The notes under the pieces are model-generated. The model had not been told where the DNA came from and ran no database searches. It was given only the letters and a program-made list of their open reading frames with translations. Positions 61,220 to 64,000 of a stretch of DNA of 64,000 nt are shown piece after piece. The DNA is from Utricularia gibba. Lineage: Eukaryota; Plantae; Magnoliophyta. Both the position numbers and the translations under genes were made by a program. Location: assembly GCA_002189035.1 (NCBI GenBank), contig NEEC01000009.1, forward strand, positions 682,001-746,000. The letters run 5' to 3'. Position 1 is the first letter of the stretch. Each line of letters opens with the position of its first letter.

Positions 61220-62974
61220 CTACCTTCTCAGGAAGTTCTCTGTTTGTAGCAGAACCTGCGGATGCGTTCATAAATGAGTCATAAATCAGCGTATTCCCTA
61301 CTAAAGAAAAAAGTTGCTTCGAAACGGTGTGGAAAAGGTAAGAAACAAACCTCAAGCGCGATCGCATGTTCTGTGATTTTGCAGACATCCTTTACTCCAA
61401 GTTTTGCTGCAATATCTGTCACAAGAGAAGCATGTTCGCATGCCAACTATTAATCTAGATGTTACCCTTTATGAGAGGATAGTGGTTGGAAACTGGAAGA
61501 TAGAGAGAGATCACACGTTGTAGAGAAACTTTCACATCTGCATTGGCATATGATTCACCCCTCTCTTCAAACAGTGCTGATAATTTCTTCATGGTCTGTA
61601 ACAAATGTACACTTAGTTATGAAGTTTGTTGTACTTGTCTCTTTTAGAAATTCAGAGTAGACATCATACCTCAGTGTACACTTCTCCAGATTGCTGATGC
61701 AAAAGGGGCCGGGAATGTGTCCCAACTGCAGTGATCCTTCGAGCTAAAGCTTCCAACGGTACATCTAGCCAAATGCTGATGCCCTTCCCCATGTGCTTCC
61801 TGTTTCACTTAAAAAAAACGCTGACACTGGAACAGCCTTTTCGTGGAGAGGTGAACTATGGGCGAAAGTGTTGGCATACCAATTGACTGGTCGAATCACC
61901 GCACCCCCACCAGTGGAAACAACCAAATTATGCATCAAAGACAACTTCTGCAGCACCTGGGTCTGATGAAAAAGCAGACAAGATAGAGATTGTCAGTGAG
62001 AACTGCACTAGAAAAGGATCAAACTTTGTGATTGTCCATGCCTATGAGTTTCTGTATAAAGTTCTATTGGACTATCTGTTTTTCCGATTTTTTGTTTGTC
62101 GCCAGGAATTTTATATTCTATGGGCATTTCATGTTCATCCTACTGACCTCATAGTCTCTGAAGAAGCTCTCACCATATGATTTAAAGATTTCAGCAACTG
62201 AATTTCCCCAGCAGCCTCCTCTATTAGTGTGTCACTGAGACATTCTCCAAAAGCGCAAGGGCTTAATTTTATGTTTATGTCTCACATTCACAAGATGTAA
62301 GAGTGATATTTCCAGCTAACCAGTCACAAAATGAGTAACCAAGAGACTCTGACAAAACTTTTCCCACAGTTGTTTTCCCAGATCCCATCATCCCTGTTGT
62401 GGATAAAAAAAGAAAAGATATGTATCCAACAAATAAAGAGAAAACTAATATAAAAAAGGAGCCTATGATTGTACTCACCAACAAGATACAGACATCTTCC
62501 ATTTAAATATTCTTCAACTTCCTCAGATTTACGCAGTAATTGCATCTAAAATGAATATCAAGTTAGCTACAAGAGATTTCTGGTTCAGAGAATACTTTGC
62601 ATATGAGAAAGATGTTGAATGTTTTAATACTTTTATGATCTTTGTTTCATCAGAAAGCGCCGGAGAGCAATCTGGTTTCAAGACTGAAGCTATAAAGAGA
62701 AAACCAATGTAACTTTAGTGCCAGAAGCATCTCATGGATTTTTTTCCCATATTTGGTGCTAAAATATAAGTTCACCAGGAGCGCTTTCTGAAGAACATGA
62801 TATATGCACCAACGGAGGTTCATATCTCCCCCTTCTTCTGCTAGTATTCAAAAAAACACTTAAACTGTGCTTATGCTGCACATGAAAACTGGAAAACTGC
62901 ACAGAAACGCCATGTTTTGTTTCCAAAATCCTCGATGTATGCGGCCAAGTACAGTGGAGATATCCCACATCCAT
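61220..62974 (-). CDS. SK: Plastid shikimate kinase, multi-exon
   Basis: YLNGRC.YLVG|[48 protein letters not shown] and ER...YANAD. One -1 at 62206-62209. Confidence 0.93.
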
Positions 62975-63789
62975 ATTAGAAAGCTTCCTTTTCCCCCAGA
63001 AAACTCAAAACTACACGTATAGCAACAATCAAAATGGTGAAGATTAGCTAAAAGGCATCAATAAAAGAAAAACCACTCCATCGAAGGCCAGCTATGACTC
63101 AACTTAAAACAACCCGTAACGAAATTTCAATTGTATCGCAATAAAGACCCAATCTTTCGAGATCACCAGCAAACGGACGAGAACCCAGTTGCAATAAAGG
63201 AAAATTCAACCAAATCTACAGGAAAGGCAGACACCTACCTAACATAAGTCACATTTCCAAAGTGGGATTCTTCAAATCTAAATGAAGCACCATAGTCAGA
63301 ACCCTGACAATGTTCTCTTATCGTAGATGCGTGAGGACATGAACCACTATTGGCTTGGCGAAGCCAAACTCAGACCGGTGGTTGGTAGAATGTGCTTTAC
63401 TCGGTAAAAAGAAAGCGCGAGTTGTGTTAGGTATGCGCCTACCCGCCTTCGATCAGCTCGGTAGTGTAGCTTTCTTCCAGACGGATGGCATCATACCTTG
63501 GTAGGTACCGTGTCCCATAAAATATAGATTTCTGCCCAGACCAACAACGGATCTAGTCATCAATGCATTTCCAGGTTCTCCACCGGTTTACCGGTCCAAA
63601 TCCGTCGGTTTACAAGGCTTTTTAGATGGTTTACCTGTAACGGCCCAATGGGCCTATAATCTGGGTTTCTAAGAAACACAACTTTGTAGGGAGTGCTTCA
63701 AAGTTCCGTCCACGGCTCAGGTGTTCTCCGATTGGAGTCGACGCCGGCGGCAACCGTTTTACAGAGGGTAAACCCTTGATACCATCCAA

Positions 63790-63831
63790 ATGGCGACGGT
63801 TATGCAGAAAATAAAGGACATCGAAGATGAG
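63790..63831 (+). CDS. DRG: First coding exon of a developmentally regulated GTP-binding protein (DRG); the gene continues beyond the window
   Basis: ATG...MATVMQKIKDIEDE followed by a GTAATC donor. This matches the recalled plant DRG N-terminus. Confidence 0.8.
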
Positions 63832-64000
63832 GTAATCAACGAGTCGATTGATAGTGTGCGGTATGCCATTCGCTGAAATTAACGGCAGTTTTAGTTTTTT
63901 AGAGTTTCGTCCTTCAGGCATTCGGTTCAGAACAATTGGTAGTGTGCTTGTAAGATTTTGTTTCAGTGTCTTCGGATGCTACTGTTGGGGTTCCCATTTT

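Noticed and set aside
247-62209. Programmed frameshifting or slippage as a shared regulatory system
   Set aside because: The sites share no slippery-site or structural context beyond being homopolymers, occur in unrelated genes, and the same -1 loss appears in a non-coding repeat unit (19121-19144). Sequencing error is simpler.
20852-62974. Horizontal transfer of bacterial-type genes (HflX, BCAT, RNR, shikimate kinase)
   Set aside because: All have spliceosomal introns and plant-type sequences or transit peptides.
1-64000. tRNA, rRNA, conserved miRNA or intronic snoRNA genes
   Set aside because: No cloverleaf, rRNA motif, recalled conserved miRNA sequence or convincing C/D box pair was seen. 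An Infernal/Rfam scan would be needed to exclude them.

Overview
Gene-dense, short-intron nuclear DNA from a eudicot plant. Intron size and gene density suggest a compact asterid/Lamiales-type genome such as Lentibulariaceae, but that is inference. About 21 recognisable protein-coding loci lie in this order: HLS1-like GNAT, class I formin, VDAC, BSD-domain protein, ACR, DEAD-box RH16, EXPA20-derived mini-expansin, HflX-like GTPase, BCAT, HD-Zip II, RMD5, IAA9-like, At5g65660-like, CYSTM, RKP E3 ligase, two uncharacterised membrane proteins, CYP78A, F-box/kelch, shikimate kinase and the first exon of DRG. Interleaved are four or five decaying relics (mTERF1-type, RNR1 3' end, bHLH93-type, internally deleted HIT4-like, and possibly the expansin), which look like fractionation by deletion. 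About 14 single-base deletions, all in homopolymer runs, break otherwise intact genes; these are most likely sequencing or assembly errors. The most novel candidates are the secreted domain-1-only expansin derivative at 20121-20685 inside an ~18.5-21.7 kb rearranged island, the HIT4-like gene with a possible frame-restoring micro-exon, and an inverted, patchwork copy of IAA leader-intron DNA in the IAA promoter. No CRISPR, rRNA, tRNA or recognisable miRNA was found. All family assignments come from my recall of consensus sequences, not from database searches.
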